Below, one piece after another: positions 17,443-25,742 of a stretch of 64,000 nt of DNA. A model generated the notes under the pieces. The model was not told the origin of the DNA. It worked only from the letters and a program-made list of their open reading frames with translations, and made no database searches. Every line of letters begins with the position of its first letter. Position 1 is the stretch's first letter. Origin of the DNA: Minisyncoccota bacterium (GTDB lineage: Bacteria; Patescibacteriota; Minisyncoccia; Phycocordibacterales; JABAAK01); contig OZ244141.1 of assembly GCA_965216295.1 (NCBI GenBank), forward strand, positions 365,299-429,298. The letters run 5' to 3'. Made by a program: the position numbers and the translations under genes.

Positions 17443-18918
17443 ATGCTTTACATAGCAAATATATTGGTGAATAATATATATGTGAGATTTTCTAAACACT
17501 TCAAACTGAATAAAACACAAACAGAGCTGGACTTCGTAGATATTCCTCTGAAAACAGATATTCCTCTTTACATAGATCCTCATGTCATTGCGACACGTGA
17601 AGATTTGCTGTCAGTCAAATGCAACAACATCGTTGTCAACTTTTTTCAAACCGTTGTTACAAAAATAAAAAATGGTGATGATGAATTTGCGAAATATATG
17701 CTGAGTAAATTGAGAGAGCCCAACCAAACACATTTTGGACTTTCCAGCAAAGAGCCGAAAGGAAGGGGGGTGGGGGGTAAACAATCAATTGACATATACA
17801 AAAAATTCAAAGAAAGTGAGGCCATAAAAACTGGATTTCTGAAAGATCTTTCAGGGACAGAACTTGTGATTGAAGGTATTGGTAATGACAAGATTTCAGA
17901 TATGACTACGAATATAATAAAAAAAGATCTTATAGAATACACACAAAAACAATGTGACACATACGGCATACCAACAGAAAATGTTCCTGCAGAATTTTAT
18001 TGGAACCCGCAGAACCAAGAGTGGGAAAATGAATATGTTCAAATCCCTGTCTATGAAAACAGGTCCATAATTTTGGTACCCAAAGTGTTTGCGAGATACC
18101 AAATTCAATACAATCACCAACAGTATTACAACAAATTTGTTTTGGAGTATCTTCAGCAAGAGCATATTGATGCTAATTCTTCATTAGTGAAGCTTCTGAA
18201 AAATGGTGAGAAAAAAGTCTATAAAAAAGATTTGAAAAATGAAGAAGAATACAAATTGTCAAAAAAATTTCTATACGAATTCTCCAACGAGCATCCAGAG
18301 GTGCTGGAACAGTATACGAACTCAGTCTCAAGGGATATCAAACCTATTACGGACACCGAGATTGAAATTCGTCATCCTGAACCAAAGAAGATTGATTATT
18401 CGGAGCTGAAAGAAAAACTGCGCGCTATTCCAACAGGCAAGAAAGATGCTAGTAACTACCACAACGTTATGGTGGGTATACTTGAAGCTATATTTTCACC
18501 AAATTTATATGCACCAGCAAAAGAGGAAAAGATACACAATGGGCGAAAATTTATTGATATTATTTTCTTGAATGGTGCAAAAAAAGGGTTTTTTAAATAT
18601 ATTACAAATAACTTCCGTTTCCCTCAAATAATTTGTGAGTGCAAAAATTACACAGAGGACCCTGCAAATCCTGCATTTGACCAGCTTTCTGGTAGATTTT
18701 CCCCTAATAGAGGACAGTTTGGATTTTTGTTAGCACGAACATTTAAGAACAAAAATAAGGCTAAGCAACGCTGTAAAGATACTGCGAATGACCACCGTGG
18801 ATTTATTATTCCTCTGGACGATGCCGACATTATGCAGCTTATAGACTGGAAAAATAAAAATGACTTCCAGAAAATTGATGATTTTCTTACAAATCAATTT
18901 AGAGAACTAATTAACTAG
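17443..18918 (+). CDS. Hypothetical protein with C-terminal Mrr-cat-like PD-(D/E)xK restriction-endonuclease domain and unrecognised ~330-aa N-terminal domain
   Basis: C-terminal 'YHNVMVGILEAIF...GRKFIDIIFLNG...FPQIICECKNY...AFDQLSGRF...GQFGFLLARTFKN' parallels the Mrr_cat pattern (E.V..LL..G...GIDII...ILIQCKRY...V.EL.G....GIIVTT.FT). No motif found in residues 1-330. Strongly AT-rich. First gene after tRNA-Ser. Confidence 0.5.
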   Translation: MLYIANILVNNIYVRFSKHFKLNKTQTELDFVDIPLKTDIPLYIDPHVIATREDLLSVKCNNIVVNFFQTVVTKIKNGDDEFAKYMLSKLREPNQTHFGLSSKEPKGRGVGGKQSIDIYKKFKESEAIKTGFLKDLSGTELVIEGIGNDKISDMTTNIIKKDLIEYTQKQCDTYGIPTENVPAEFYWNPQNQEWENEYVQIPVYENRSIILVPKVFARYQIQYNHQQYYNKFVLEYLQQEHIDANSSLVKLLKNGEKKVYKKDLKNEEEYKLSKKFLYEFSNEHPEVLEQYTNSVSRDIKPITDTEIEIRHPEPKKIDYSELKEKLRAIPTGKKDASNYHNVMVGILEAIFSPNLYAPAKEEKIHNGRKFIDIIFLNGAKKGFFKYITNNFRFPQIICECKNYTEDPANPAFDQLSGRFSPNRGQFGFLLARTFKNKNKAKQRCKDTANDHRGFIIPLDDADIMQLIDWKNKNDFQKIDDFLTNQFRELIN

Positions 18919-19050
18919 ATTGAGTGTTGCCTTCTTCGCTGTTAGACTTGAAATGAAGTAGTAGTTTGAAAAGACAATCCAATGGATTCTAATATCGTCT
19001 TACTACTCTTCGTCAAAAAAGGTGTGTTTTAGTTTATAATATAAATAGAG

Positions 19051-19605
19051 ATGGAATATAACTATGTAAAGAAAAAATGGAGTACTGTTACCTTTATATA
19101 CAGAAAGGGTGATGAGAAATATATAGATAGTCTCAAAAAAGCAATTCAGGTGATAGAAACACTATCACCAAAGTTATACAAAAAGGATGTAAAAAAAATT
19201 AAGTATATATTGATATATAAGTCTAGTAAGTTAAACACATCTCTCGGGTATAAAGAACAAGGTCTGGTAGTGATTCCAATAAAAATGCTTGATAGCAGCT
19301 CATTGCTGTGGAATGCCGGTACCCTTGTACATGAAGCAAGACATATAACCCAACCGAAGAATAAAATGTGGGATTTCTACTGGTGTGAAATGAATGCTAC
19401 AAAAGGTGAGATGGAGTTTTATTCTGACTGTGAAGATAAGTATTACTATGATTTAGTAAATCCAAAAACAAAAAGAAAAAAGTATTTTGAAGAATTGAAA
19501 AAAAGACAGAAAGAAAAGTCCACCAAAAAGAATCCATATGTGCAATTGAAAAACACAGACAAGGATTGTAAAAAAATTGATGAGATAATTAAAAACTTGA
19601 TCTAA
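19051..19605 (+). CDS. Small HExxH (gluzincin-like) putative metallopeptidase/hypothetical protein
   Basis: 184 aa, Lys-rich. 'TLVHEARHITQ' plus a downstream Glu (…WCEMNATKGEMEF) gives HExxH+E spacing typical of minimal zincins. AT-rich. Confidence 0.35.
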   Translation: MEYNYVKKKWSTVTFIYRKGDEKYIDSLKKAIQVIETLSPKLYKKDVKKIKYILIYKSSKLNTSLGYKEQGLVVIPIKMLDSSSLLWNAGTLVHEARHITQPKNKMWDFYWCEMNATKGEMEFYSDCEDKYYYDLVNPKTKRKKYFEELKKRQKEKSTKKNPYVQLKNTDKDCKKIDEIIKNLI

Positions 19606-19658
19606 GCCTAATCTTCCTTTTGCAAATAAAAAAGTATATTCTGATACAATGTACTTAA

Positions 19659-20003
19659 ATGGAAAAAGTAAATATACAAAAAGTTTTAGATGAATTAAAA
19701 GAATTTAGAGATAAAAGAGATTGGAAGCAATTTCATACACTTAAAAATCTTATCTGTGGTTTAAATGTTGAAGCTGGAGAATTGCTAGAACATGTTATAT
19801 GGGAAGATTTAAAAGAACCAACAGATAAACAAAAGAAAGAAGTAGAGAAAGAATTAGCAGATGTTTTCAATTATGTTCTATTAATAGCTGATAAATTAGA
19901 TGTTAATTTAGAAAAGATTTCTATGCAAAAAATTAAAGAAAACGATATTAAATACCCTGTTGAGAAATCAAAAGGAAATAGTAAGAAATATAATGAATTA
20001 TAA
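19659..20003 (+). CDS. MazG-like nucleotide pyrophosphohydrolase (small all-alpha NTP-PPase, YpjD-like)
   Basis: 114 aa: 'LKEFRDKRDWKQFHTLKNLICGLNVEAGELLEHVIWE...EVEKELADVFNYVLLIADKLDVNLEK'. The EAGEL and ELADV metal-binding helices are those of MazG-family NTP-PPases. Confidence 0.65.
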   Translation: MEKVNIQKVLDELKEFRDKRDWKQFHTLKNLICGLNVEAGELLEHVIWEDLKEPTDKQKKEVEKELADVFNYVLLIADKLDVNLEKISMQKIKENDIKYPVEKSKGNSKKYNEL

Positions 20004-20008
20004 ATATC

Positions 20009-20317
20009 TTAAGAGATAAGATAATTTAATCCAAATGCAATACCTAAAAAAATGAAGATAACAATACCAAGTCTTAAATGTAATCCCATAGCTTGTTTAA
20101 ACCACACCCTCCATTTATTCTTATGCTGATATAAAAATATACAAAATCCCGTAAAATCCCAAATAAATACAAACAGGAGTGGGGTTATGGCAATATATGA
20201 AATTATTGTTATGGATGATTCTATCGAAAACGAATTGTCAGGATTTAACGAGGATACAATCACTAGAGCTGCTATAGGAAAAATAAATGTACTGAACTTG
20301 ATTGTGTTATTAAACAT
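20009..20317 (-). CDS. Small polytopic membrane hypothetical protein
   Basis: 102 aa with 3 predicted TM helices. No motif. Confidence 0.35.
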   Translation of the reverse strand: MFNNTIKFSTFIFPIAALVIVSSLNPDNSFSIESSITIISYIAITPLLFVFIWDFTGFCIFLYQHKNKWRVWFKQAMGLHLRLGIVIFIFLGIAFGLNYLIS

Positions 20318-20335
20318 ATAAATATCTTAAAATTT

Positions 20336-20734
20336 TTATCCCTCAGACTTAACTTTCTCTATAATCTCTATTAAATTAACCTGTGTGCTACTTTGATCAG
20401 CAGCAACATCTTCTTTTGGCAATAGAAACTTTTCAACTTCAAGCGTGTATGTATACCCTTCCTCATAATCAAACCCAAAAATAGAACCGTAAAAGTATTC
20501 ACCATTCACAATCATACATTTTTGTGGCGCAATACCAACACAATCCACAAGCTTTGGTCCAACCGTCACGGTTTCATAAGAAACTAAATCAAACTGTACT
20601 ACTTCACCTGATTTCGTTTGTACATAGATATCATCGTTGGTAAAGTTAAATTTGTAAATTCCTAACAGTATCACAATGATAGGTATTGCAAAGAGTAATG
20701 CAGCACAGTAAATAATGATTTTTTTGATTTTCAT
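20336..20734 (-). CDS. Membrane-anchored hypothetical protein (Cys-pair, possible DUF4377-like)
   Basis: 132 aa. N-terminal TM, then 'VDCVGIAPQKCMIVNGEYFYGSIFGFDYEEGYTY'. Family call uncertain. Confidence 0.35.
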   Translation of the reverse strand: MKIKKIIIYCAALLFAIPIIVILLGIYKFNFTNDDIYVQTKSGEVVQFDLVSYETVTVGPKLVDCVGIAPQKCMIVNGEYFYGSIFGFDYEEGYTYTLEVEKFLLPKEDVAADQSSTQVNLIEIIEKVKSEG

Positions 20735-20769
20735 TCTTTACATGCAACTGACAATTCACTCAATGCCCT

Positions 20770-21294
20770 CTACTGTACCGGTTCAAATTGTAGTGGTTTA
20801 AAAACAGAAAAATTATAAATCAATTCAGTTGATACAGATGGTGTTTGTGAAAATGGTTCATCTTCATTTCTGTCTAAGTATGAGATAGATACCTTTCCTG
20901 TGATAGGAGTAAATACTATACTCTCAGGAATAATGCGATCACCAACAAAGACACTTTGACCACCGAGGTAACGATTAATTCTTTTACTATAAACAGCGTG
21001 ACTAACATGATAAAAGGTACCAGAACCACCAGTATTTTCTGCAAGCCATACAAAATAACACTTTTCACATTCTTGAGATGGTGTCGTGCTCACTAAAGTA
21101 ACCCGAATCCTTCCTTCATTACCAACAAACTCACCGTCCGTTAGTTGATACTGTTCAATTGATCCACCAGAAATAGAGGTGTAATAAAGACCATTTGCAG
21201 GAGTTGGATTAATCGTATCTTTCAAAACAAAAAGCACAATACCAATGAGGGCAACGACAACGACGACGACGACAATATTCAAGCTTTTATTCAT
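20770..21294 (-). CDS. Membrane-anchored extracellular hypothetical protein
   Basis: Start placed at internal Met (MNKSLNIVVVVVVVALIGIVLFVL), which gives a signal-anchor. Rest is Thr/Ser-rich with a CxxC (QECEKC). Confidence 0.4.
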   Translation of the reverse strand: MNKSLNIVVVVVVVALIGIVLFVLKDTINPTPANGLYYTSISGGSIEQYQLTDGEFVGNEGRIRVTLVSTTPSQECEKCYFVWLAENTGGSGTFYHVSHAVYSKRINRYLGGQSVFVGDRIIPESIVFTPITGKVSISYLDRNEDEPFSQTPSVSTELIYNFSVFKPLQFEPVQ

Positions 21295-21465
21295 AGTGAT
21301 AGTATAGCATGGGTAGAGGAATAAAGAGGAAATATATATAATAAAAGACAAAACCCCCAAAAAGTCTTAATTACTATACCTCTATACCTTTATATGCTAC
21401 ACTACGTATGGTTTCTGTCATATTTTTGACAGGTTTATTGTACAAAACATAGGAGGATACATATT

Positions 21466-21870
21466 GTGTCTAGATATCCAAATTTTAAACGCACAAGCGT
21501 TAACAGAATGCTTAGAACTGAATCCTCAGGAGGTTTGTTACTTATAGCAACTCCTGAAAGAAAAATGCCTAATAAGAAGGCGTTACGTCAGTTATTCAAG
21601 ACTGTTGTCGAGTGTATGAATGCTAGCTATAAAATAGCTTATCCAGAAGTGTACTCACCCATGCTTTTAAAAAACACTGATGTAAATTGGTGGCTGCAAG
21701 TCTCTTTACCATTGATGAGTCCAGAGATGGTGCTCCAATTTAAAAAGATATTCAGTGAAGAAATAGCAAAAAGGGTGTCTCAGGATGAATTACTTAACTC
21801 TGGAGGAAAATATATGTGCTTTGACAACAGAGTGTACGAATATATTGATAAGGAGTGGTGGCGAAGATAA
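21466..21870 (+). CDS. Hypothetical protein
   Basis: 134-aa ORF followed by a rho-independent terminator. No motif recognised. Confidence 0.3.
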   Translation: MSRYPNFKRTSVNRMLRTESSGGLLLIATPERKMPNKKALRQLFKTVVECMNASYKIAYPEVYSPMLLKNTDVNWWLQVSLPLMSPEMVLQFKKIFSEEIAKRVSQDELLNSGGKYMCFDNRVYEYIDKEWWRR

Positions 21871-21909
21871 TAAGTGTGTTTGAAGGATTCTTCAGATGCA
21901 CATAGAACT

Positions 21910-21947
21910 CACGTAGTATGGCGGGCAATACTGCGTGGGTTTTTTTT
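21910..21947 (+). terminator. Rho-independent terminator (hairpin + T-run) after hypothetical gene
   Basis: ACGTAGTAT-GGCGGGCA-ATACTGCGT imperfect inverted repeat followed by TTTTTTTT (21939-21947). It overlaps the 3' end of the convergent leuS. Confidence 0.5.
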
Positions 21948-24324
21948 ACCTTTTTTTGGAAGAGAAACTAATCAAAGTATTAGGAAGAAAAGCAGAAACT
22001 GTCATATCTTCTGAAAAGTATTTTTTCAACTTTTCACTTTCACGAACGAGAGAGAGGATTGTTCCCTGAGATGTATCTGGTGCCACGGTGAGACGATCAC
22101 GCACTTTGCCATTAATTTGTACAACCACAACTACTTCCTCTTCATGCAACTCCTGAGTATCTTCTTGTGGCCAAGTACTGTTCTGTATTGAATCAGTATG
22201 TTTGAGTGCCCCATTCCATATCTCTTCTGAAAGAACAGGAGCAAATGGTGCTAACAATTGAATAAATGTTTCATAAACTTTTCGAGACGGTTCTTTCTCA
22301 AGTGCTTTTAAAAGAATCATAAGAGCGCTCACTGCAGTATTCAAACGAAATGTTTCAATATCTCTACCTACCTGTTGTATCGTTTTCTTTTGTAACTGTT
22401 GCAACGTCTTCCCTGGTTCTTGATCTATCAACTTTTCAGACAATAGATGGATTCTTTCCAAGAAACGAATAACACCAGGAATATCAGTATCAGACCAACT
22501 TACCCGTTGAGAAAATGGTGCAATGAAAGCGACAAAGAGACGAGTAGCGTCAACACCATGACGTTTGGCAAATGCAAGAGGGTCAACAACGTTACCTAAC
22601 CGTTTACTCATCTTTTTACCATCATGTGCATGAACAATTCCAACAGTCTCAAGGCGAGTAAATGGTTCCTTGGTAGAAACTAATTTTTCATCATAAAGAA
22701 ATTTATGCCAAAATCGAGCATAAATCAAATGACGAGTCGCATGTTCAATACCGCCGATATAGATATCAACAGGCATCCACTCCTTTTCACGATTCGCATC
22801 AAGAAAAGCCTCTTTATTATGAGGGTCAATATATCGTAGATAGTACCAACAGGAACCTGCCCACTGTGGCATGGTGTTGGTTTCTCGCTTCCCACTACCA
22901 CCACAGGAAGGACATGGTACATTCACCCAGTCTTCCATAGCAGCAAGTGGTGATTCTCCTGTTCCAGTCGGTTCATATGATGCTATCTCTGGCAAAGTAA
23001 TCGGTAGTTCAGATTCTGGTACTGGAACAACACCACAGTCTTTGCAGTGAATCAGAGGAATTGGTTCACCCCAATAACGCTGTCGAGAAAATACCCAATC
23101 CTGGAGACGATACGTCACCGCACGCTCTCCTCCTGCTTTCTTGGTGATAGCGGGTTGTGCCTCGGCAACAGTCATACCATCAAACTCACCTGAGTTGATA
23201 AGAGTGCCTTCGTGTGCTTCATACGGCACTACTTGTTCCCCAGCAATAGTAGCAATGACTGGTAAATGAAACACATCTGCAAATGCAAAGTCTCGGTGAT
23301 CGTGTGCAGGAACTCCAAAAATAGCACCCGTCCCATAACTTGTGGTGACATAGTTGGCAACGAAGATAGGGATTTTTTCTTTCGTCAATGGATGTATAGC
23401 GTGTATTCCCTTCAGCTGTATTCCACTTTTCTCTTGTTCATGTGTGCGTGTAGCAATCTGTTTTCTAAATTGTAATTCTTGGTATGTCTGCACTTCATCT
23501 TTATTCTCAACATGTGTAAGAAGTTTTGAAAGACCTCGGTATTCTGGTGAGAGTGCAAGAAAAGAACAACCAAACAGTGTGTCTGGTCGTGTAGTAAAGA
23601 CAACAATTGGAGAAGAACCAGCAGAAAGAGTAAATGAGATATGGTACCCCTCACCTTTACCAATCCATGCACGTTGGAGATCTTTCACAACATCTGACCA
23701 CTCTGGGAGTGTATCGAGGTCAGAGAGGAGCCGTTCAGCATAATCGGTAATACGAAGAACCCATTGACGAATTACTTTTCTCTCTACAGGCGTACCACAC
23801 CGCTCACAACAATCCTCATCAAGATCTTCATTGGCAAGTCCTGTTTTACAATCTGGACACCAGTTGATAGGTTCATTGGATTCATACACTAAACCTTTTT
23901 TAAAGAATTGAAGGAAAATCCATTGCGTCCAGGTGTAATATGAGCTGTCAGTAGTTGCAATTTCTCGCTCCCAGTCAAAAGCAAAGGCAAGATGTTGCAT
24001 TTGATTTCGAAACGTATCAGTATTTTTTTTTACCACAACACTCGGATGTACCTTGTTTTTGATAGCAAAGAGTTCTGCAGGAAGTCCAAACGCATCCCAC
24101 CCCATTGGCTGCAATACTCGTTCCCCACACATTCGTCGATATCGACCATAAATATCAGTTGCATTGTAGGTGCGAACATGTCCCATATGGAGACCAGAAC
24201 CTGAAGGATACGGAAACATGGTAAGGACATAGCGTTTTGGGGCACTTCCTTGTGGGGTACGGTATGATTTCTCTTTCAGCCATCGTTTCCGCCACTTCTC
24301 CTCAAGGGCATGAAAATCGTACAT
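21946..24324 (-). CDS. leuS: Leucyl-tRNA synthetase
   Basis: 792 aa. 'PYPSGSGLHMGHV' HIGH motif, 'KMSKRLGNVV' KMSKS motif, CP1 editing domain, full-length. Confidence 0.95.
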   Translation of the reverse strand: MYDFHALEEKWRKRWLKEKSYRTPQGSAPKRYVLTMFPYPSGSGLHMGHVRTYNATDIYGRYRRMCGERVLQPMGWDAFGLPAELFAIKNKVHPSVVVKKNTDTFRNQMQHLAFAFDWEREIATTDSSYYTWTQWIFLQFFKKGLVYESNEPINWCPDCKTGLANEDLDEDCCERCGTPVERKVIRQWVLRITDYAERLLSDLDTLPEWSDVVKDLQRAWIGKGEGYHISFTLSAGSSPIVVFTTRPDTLFGCSFLALSPEYRGLSKLLTHVENKDEVQTYQELQFRKQIATRTHEQEKSGIQLKGIHAIHPLTKEKIPIFVANYVTTSYGTGAIFGVPAHDHRDFAFADVFHLPVIATIAGEQVVPYEAHEGTLINSGEFDGMTVAEAQPAITKKAGGERAVTYRLQDWVFSRQRYWGEPIPLIHCKDCGVVPVPESELPITLPEIASYEPTGTGESPLAAMEDWVNVPCPSCGGSGKRETNTMPQWAGSCWYYLRYIDPHNKEAFLDANREKEWMPVDIYIGGIEHATRHLIYARFWHKFLYDEKLVSTKEPFTRLETVGIVHAHDGKKMSKRLGNVVDPLAFAKRHGVDATRLFVAFIAPFSQRVSWSDTDIPGVIRFLERIHLLSEKLIDQEPGKTLQQLQKKTIQQVGRDIETFRLNTAVSALMILLKALEKEPSRKVYETFIQLLAPFAPVLSEEIWNGALKHTDSIQNSTWPQEDTQELHEEEVVVVVQINGKVRDRLTVAPDTSQGTILSLVRESEKLKKYFSEDMTVSAFLPNTLISFSSKKR

Positions 24325-24374
24325 AATTGTACTGTATCATACAATGACAATACACCCTATATATAACAGTACTT

Positions 24375-25742
24375 ATGGAACGAAAATACTACATAATAGC
24401 AATCGGTATACTCCTCGGAAGTGTCATTGTGCTGTGGTACCAACTACACATTACCTCTGCCACCTACACCATCCTCTTGCCAGAAAAAGATGATACTCCT
24501 GTCACATTAACGTATGGTGAACAAACGGCCTTTGCCGATGAAAACTTTTTTCGACAAGTAGAACAAAAGTTCATAGAAGAGAAAACGGACTTCATTTCAG
24601 CAGATCTCACCAATCAACGCCTCAAACTATACAAAAAAGGTAAAGTCGTGGAAGATGTTCCCATTCTTTCAAAAGGATTGGAAGGATCGTGGTGGGAAAC
24701 ACCCTCAGGATTATTTGCCATTCATACACAAAAAGAAAATCACTTCTCTACTTTTGGGAGTGTTCACATGCCATATGCTATGCAATTTCAAGGAAATTTC
24801 TTTATCCATGGTTGGCCATACTATCCAGACGGCACCCCGGTGAAACAATCATTTTCAGGTGGATGCATTCGTTTAAACACTGAAGATGCAAAAAAGATAT
24901 ATACTCAAACACACGTTGGTATTCCCGTATTAGTACATGAAGCGAAACAGAAAGAAACCGTCTTTACCTACCCTTCATTAAAACCAAACATTTCCGCATC
25001 ATCATTTTTGGTTGCCGATGTGAACAATAATGTGGTGCTGGTAGATCACAATCCTGATGCCATACTTCCCATCGCTTCAATTACAAAACTTATGACAGCG
25101 TTGATAGCAATTGAATATGTGAATATAGAAAAATTGTTGCGAGTATCTCCTGAAGCATTGGTTCCAACATCAAAACCACGACTCCAAGCTGGATCATATA
25201 ACTCCATTTATCATCTCCTCTATCCACTCCTTCGTGAATCATCAAATGAGGCAGCAATCGTTATCGGCAACAGTGTTAACCCAGATAGATTTATTACCTT
25301 TATGAACCAAAAAGCAAAATCGGTTGGTATGGAACACACCGCTTTCACGAATACTTCAGGGAGTGACAGTGGCAATGTTTCAACCGCTAGAGACCTTTTC
25401 CGGTTTGCAAAGTATTTACATACTAATAGAAATTTTGTATTAAATATTACAAAAGGAGATTTGGAACTTGAAAAGACATATGGCAAGCTCCCGTATGAAG
25501 ATCTTGGTAATTACAATATATACAGTGACACTGAAACATTTTTAGGTGGCAAGATTGGTAAAACACAAGCGGCAGGAGAAACAATGGTAGCGCTGTTTAA
25601 TGTCCCTATCGGCAACACACAACGAGCGGTGGTAGTAATTGCTTTGGGAAGTAGTGACGTAGAAAAAGATATTAATACACTATTGGAATACGTGGTAAAC
25701 AAGTATGCTGTACCGAAGAGATCAACGAGATTCCCTCTCTAA
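24375..25742 (+). CDS. Bifunctional-looking L,D-transpeptidase (YkuD) / PBP5-type D,D-carboxypeptidase fusion, membrane-anchored
   Basis: N-terminal TM anchor. YkuD catalytic region 'FIHGWPYY...SFSGGCIRLNTEDAKKIY' (His...Cys). C-terminal S11-peptidase motifs SxxK 'IASITKLMTA', SxN 'RESSNEA', KTG-like 'GKIGKTQ'. Confidence 0.7.
   Translation: MERKYYIIAIGILLGSVIVLWYQLHITSATYTILLPEKDDTPVTLTYGEQTAFADENFFRQVEQKFIEEKTDFISADLTNQRLKLYKKGKVVEDVPILSKGLEGSWWETPSGLFAIHTQKENHFSTFGSVHMPYAMQFQGNFFIHGWPYYPDGTPVKQSFSGGCIRLNTEDAKKIYTQTHVGIPVLVHEAKQKETVFTYPSLKPNISASSFLVADVNNNVVLVDHNPDAILPIASITKLMTALIAIEYVNIEKLLRVSPEALVPTSKPRLQAGSYNSIYHLLYPLLRESSNEAAIVIGNSVNPDRFITFMNQKAKSVGMEHTAFTNTSGSDSGNVSTARDLFRFAKYLHTNRNFVLNITKGDLELEKTYGKLPYEDLGNYNIYSDTETFLGGKIGKTQAAGETMVALFNVPIGNTQRAVVVIALGSSDVEKDINTLLEYVVNKYAVPKRSTRFPL

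Noticed and set aside
17228-21900. Prophage or integrative element spanning the accessory block
   Set aside because: No integrase, recombinase, terminase, capsid or tail genes are recognisable. Only defence-like and small hypothetical genes are present, so it is described as an accessory island rather than a prophage.
21946-24324. Multiple antisense and embedded ORFs inside leuS (and likewise inside dnaK, lepA, murJ, ftsW, mraY, PBPs)
   Set aside because: They are fully contained within long, well-supported conserved genes on the opposite strand or in another frame. They are typical spurious ORFs.
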